A program made the position numbers and the translations under genes. Under the pieces are notes generated by a model that saw nothing but the letters and a program-made list of their open reading frames with translations, was not told the DNA's origin and did no database searches. DNA of 64,000 nt from Setoptus koraiensis (taxonomy: Eukaryota > Animalia > Arthropoda): assembly GCA_048013815.1 (NCBI GenBank), contig CM106586.1, positions 15,934,001 to 15,998,000 on the forward strand, given 5' to 3'. Shown here in pieces: positions 61,561 through 64,000 of the stretch (the first letter of the stretch is position 1; each line of letters begins with the position of its first letter).

Positions 61561-64000
61561 CTGTTCGGGCGAAATTGAATTGAGTCATCGTGTTGAGTCA
61601 TTGAATTTGAGGCAGATTCGTGATGGATTCGGGCAGATTTTGGATAGATTTTGGATAGATTTTGTGCATGGTTAGACTTGTGATAGACGCATTAGAGCAG
61701 CGAGTTGTCGGCGTCGGCAGCTCGGCCGTAATTGATTAGGCGAGGAAGTAGACGATTAGTGTCCCATTGTCAACATCGGCTATCGATATCAGGAGCTGTC
61801 AGCGGCTACAATGTCAAGACGCTGGAAAGTGGTCGACGTTTGCGCTCGCTGACAAGCTTGCCAGAGGTGTCAAGATTGAGTGGAGTTTTCATTGAGATCT
61901 CACAATTGGCGTGATTGTCAAAACCGCACACCGCCGACGGGATTGTGCCATTGTCATTCACACTGCCAGCGCCTCTCAAAAGCAACCTGCCAGAGCAAAC
62001 TGCAAAAGCAAACTGCAAAACAGAGCGACAGACACTAAAACGGAACAAGCTGTCGTTTGGCCCTCCGCTGACACTGAATGAAGCGCTCGAGCGAAACCGC
62101 TCTCCGCCGCCGTCGAGACTGACTGCCGATATCGAGTGGCGATATCGAGTGGCGAGACTGGCGAGACTGACAGCCAGCGCGACAACAATGACAAAATTGT
62201 CGCTGTTGCCGGTGTGCCAGAGTATCGATTTGTTGGCAGCGGCAGCCGTGAGCCATTATCAGACATGTCGGGCTGGCTTACGTAATGACAGTGTCCGAAT
62301 ATTATATTCACACACACACACACACTCAGCGAGCGCCAGACGAGGGGCAAACAACAACAAAATGGAAGCGATCGAAAAAAATGCGCAAACACAACAATGC
62401 CTTTTTGTGAGACACTGGCAAGACACTTTTGGCCAACTCAAGACACAGCCAGCGGGGAAAGTATAAACAACAGGACAGGTGAATCGGGCTGGTCGTGCAC
62501 ACAATGCCAATCGATGACACTTTTTCAGGCGAGTGCCCTATCGGCGCTTGCCCAAACACACCCTGCCCTCGCCGCTCGTCCCGTTCAGTTGGCCCGATAT
62601 GACACCAATTACGCCGATCGGTTATATCGGCGTTGTGTCGGCGTTGTGTCGGCGTTGTATCGGTGATATATCGGGACCGACGCGAGAGTCTGTCCGTTGT
62701 CCGACTCGACAGTCCGTCGGTTGTGCGACGAGCTGTCGAAACGGACAGACGGACGCACTAAACAAATCAATTTTTCCCTTCTGTCGCTACATTGTGGCCG
62801 TCGATCTGATCGGATTATTAGAATTACTTAGACTTATCAGAATTACGCAACATGCGATTGCATGCGCCGCGAATGGCAGCGGCGAGCTCGAGCTGGGCGA
62901 GTTCGAGCCGAGCGAGTTCGAGCCGAGTGAGTGCGCTTCGACCAAGCCGACGAGTGGCGCTGGCAACGTTGGCCGGCCAGTCGTTGGTCGACACGATCGA
63001 TTGAATTCAATTTGCAAACAATTTGCCAAAAAGCACTAACAGCCATAGGAGATTATCCAGTCCAGATTAGAGCTGCCCAGTTGCGCTCCTCTCTGCGAAT
63101 CTCTGCGAATCGCTGCGAATCGCTGCGAATCTCTGAATCTGTGAATATCTCTACAAATGTATCTACAAATATTTCTGCAAATATCTCTGTAAGCGTTGCG
63201 CAACACACTATTATCTATTTATTATTATTCAACGTTGGCATTGTTTGGCCCGGCAGGCATTTTCGCTGGGCTGCAAGTGCGCCGAGTGAGCCATCAACAA
63301 ATGAATTGACGGCGCAATCAGCTCGAAACAGTTTTAGCGAAACAGTTTTAGCGAAACAGTTTTAGCGAAACAGTTAATTTCGGGCCAATGGGCACAACAC
63401 TGCCAACTGCTGACCAACTGCGGGCCAATGTTGCGGCCGACGGATTGCTGCCGACTGGCGACGATTGTCCGCGGTCTGCGGTCAGCGGAAGGCATCGCAA
63501 CATCGACGGGCCAGCCGACGGGGCCGACGCCGTTCGAGGATAAAAATCGAGGATAAAAATTGGGGATAAAAGTTTGAGCATGAAAATAAGGCGAAATCGT
63601 CGGCCAGCCGTTTATATTTAGATGCTTGCTTATAAATTAATGCTCCGTTTTGGGCCGTGTGGCGCCTGGGACAACAATGAGCGTCGTCGGCCATCCATCA
63701 TTCGTGTCGGCGAGTGTCGGACAGAGCAACGGCGACAAGACAGCGGACAGCGGATAGCGGATAGCGGACAAGACGAGGCAAGCGTCAAACGACAGTGTCC
63801 TCGGCTGCGCTCACCTGTCCGAATCGCCGTTGCCAGCTGACGGCGAGCGGCGCTCCGACTGACGATTTCGACTGGCTCGACTGGCTCGGCTGCCACTGGC
63901 GAATGCGACCGGCAAGCCGCTCGCCAACTGGCTTGCGAGTCAATTATTGAGCTGGCAAGCCAGCAAACAATTGGCCATAACGCACCGACACGGCGCGTCG

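Overview
Eukaryotic animal DNA, most likely from a very compact, intron-poor arthropod genome. The architecture resembles that described for eriophyoid mites; this is inference and the species cannot be fixed from sequence alone. The window has two kinds of sequence. Dense blocks (about 12.5-34.5, 40.8-43.6 and 46-57.8 kb) hold mostly intronless genes, often tail-to-tail with gaps of only 61-125 bp: EPG5, ALG12, an HMX/NK5 homeobox gene, RCL1, HTATSF1, Rac1, COX6B, PRP4 kinase, ALDH3, NDUFB8, DCUN1D1, HAND, KIF3B-like kinesin-2, ZDHHC5/8, DDX55, a small bHLH gene, tRNA-iMet, MRPS28 and COPS3. Repeat-rich blocks (1-12.5, 35-40, 43.6-46 and 58-64 kb) are full of short tandem duplications and microsatellites, and one contains a multi-exon tetraspanin. 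Best leads: (1) a ~90-aa divergent bHLH whose motifs resemble vertebrate STRA8; (2) a 55-aa secreted-peptide gene below the ORF-track cutoff, with TATA, Inr, signal peptide and polyA signal; (3) a cluster of four NK-2/Tinman sites, two fused to Exd-Hox sites, upstream of HAND; (4) a PRP4 kinase lacking its long N-terminal RS region. No transposon, CRISPR array, rRNA or recognisable snRNA was seen. All homology calls come from remembered family motifs; no searches were run.
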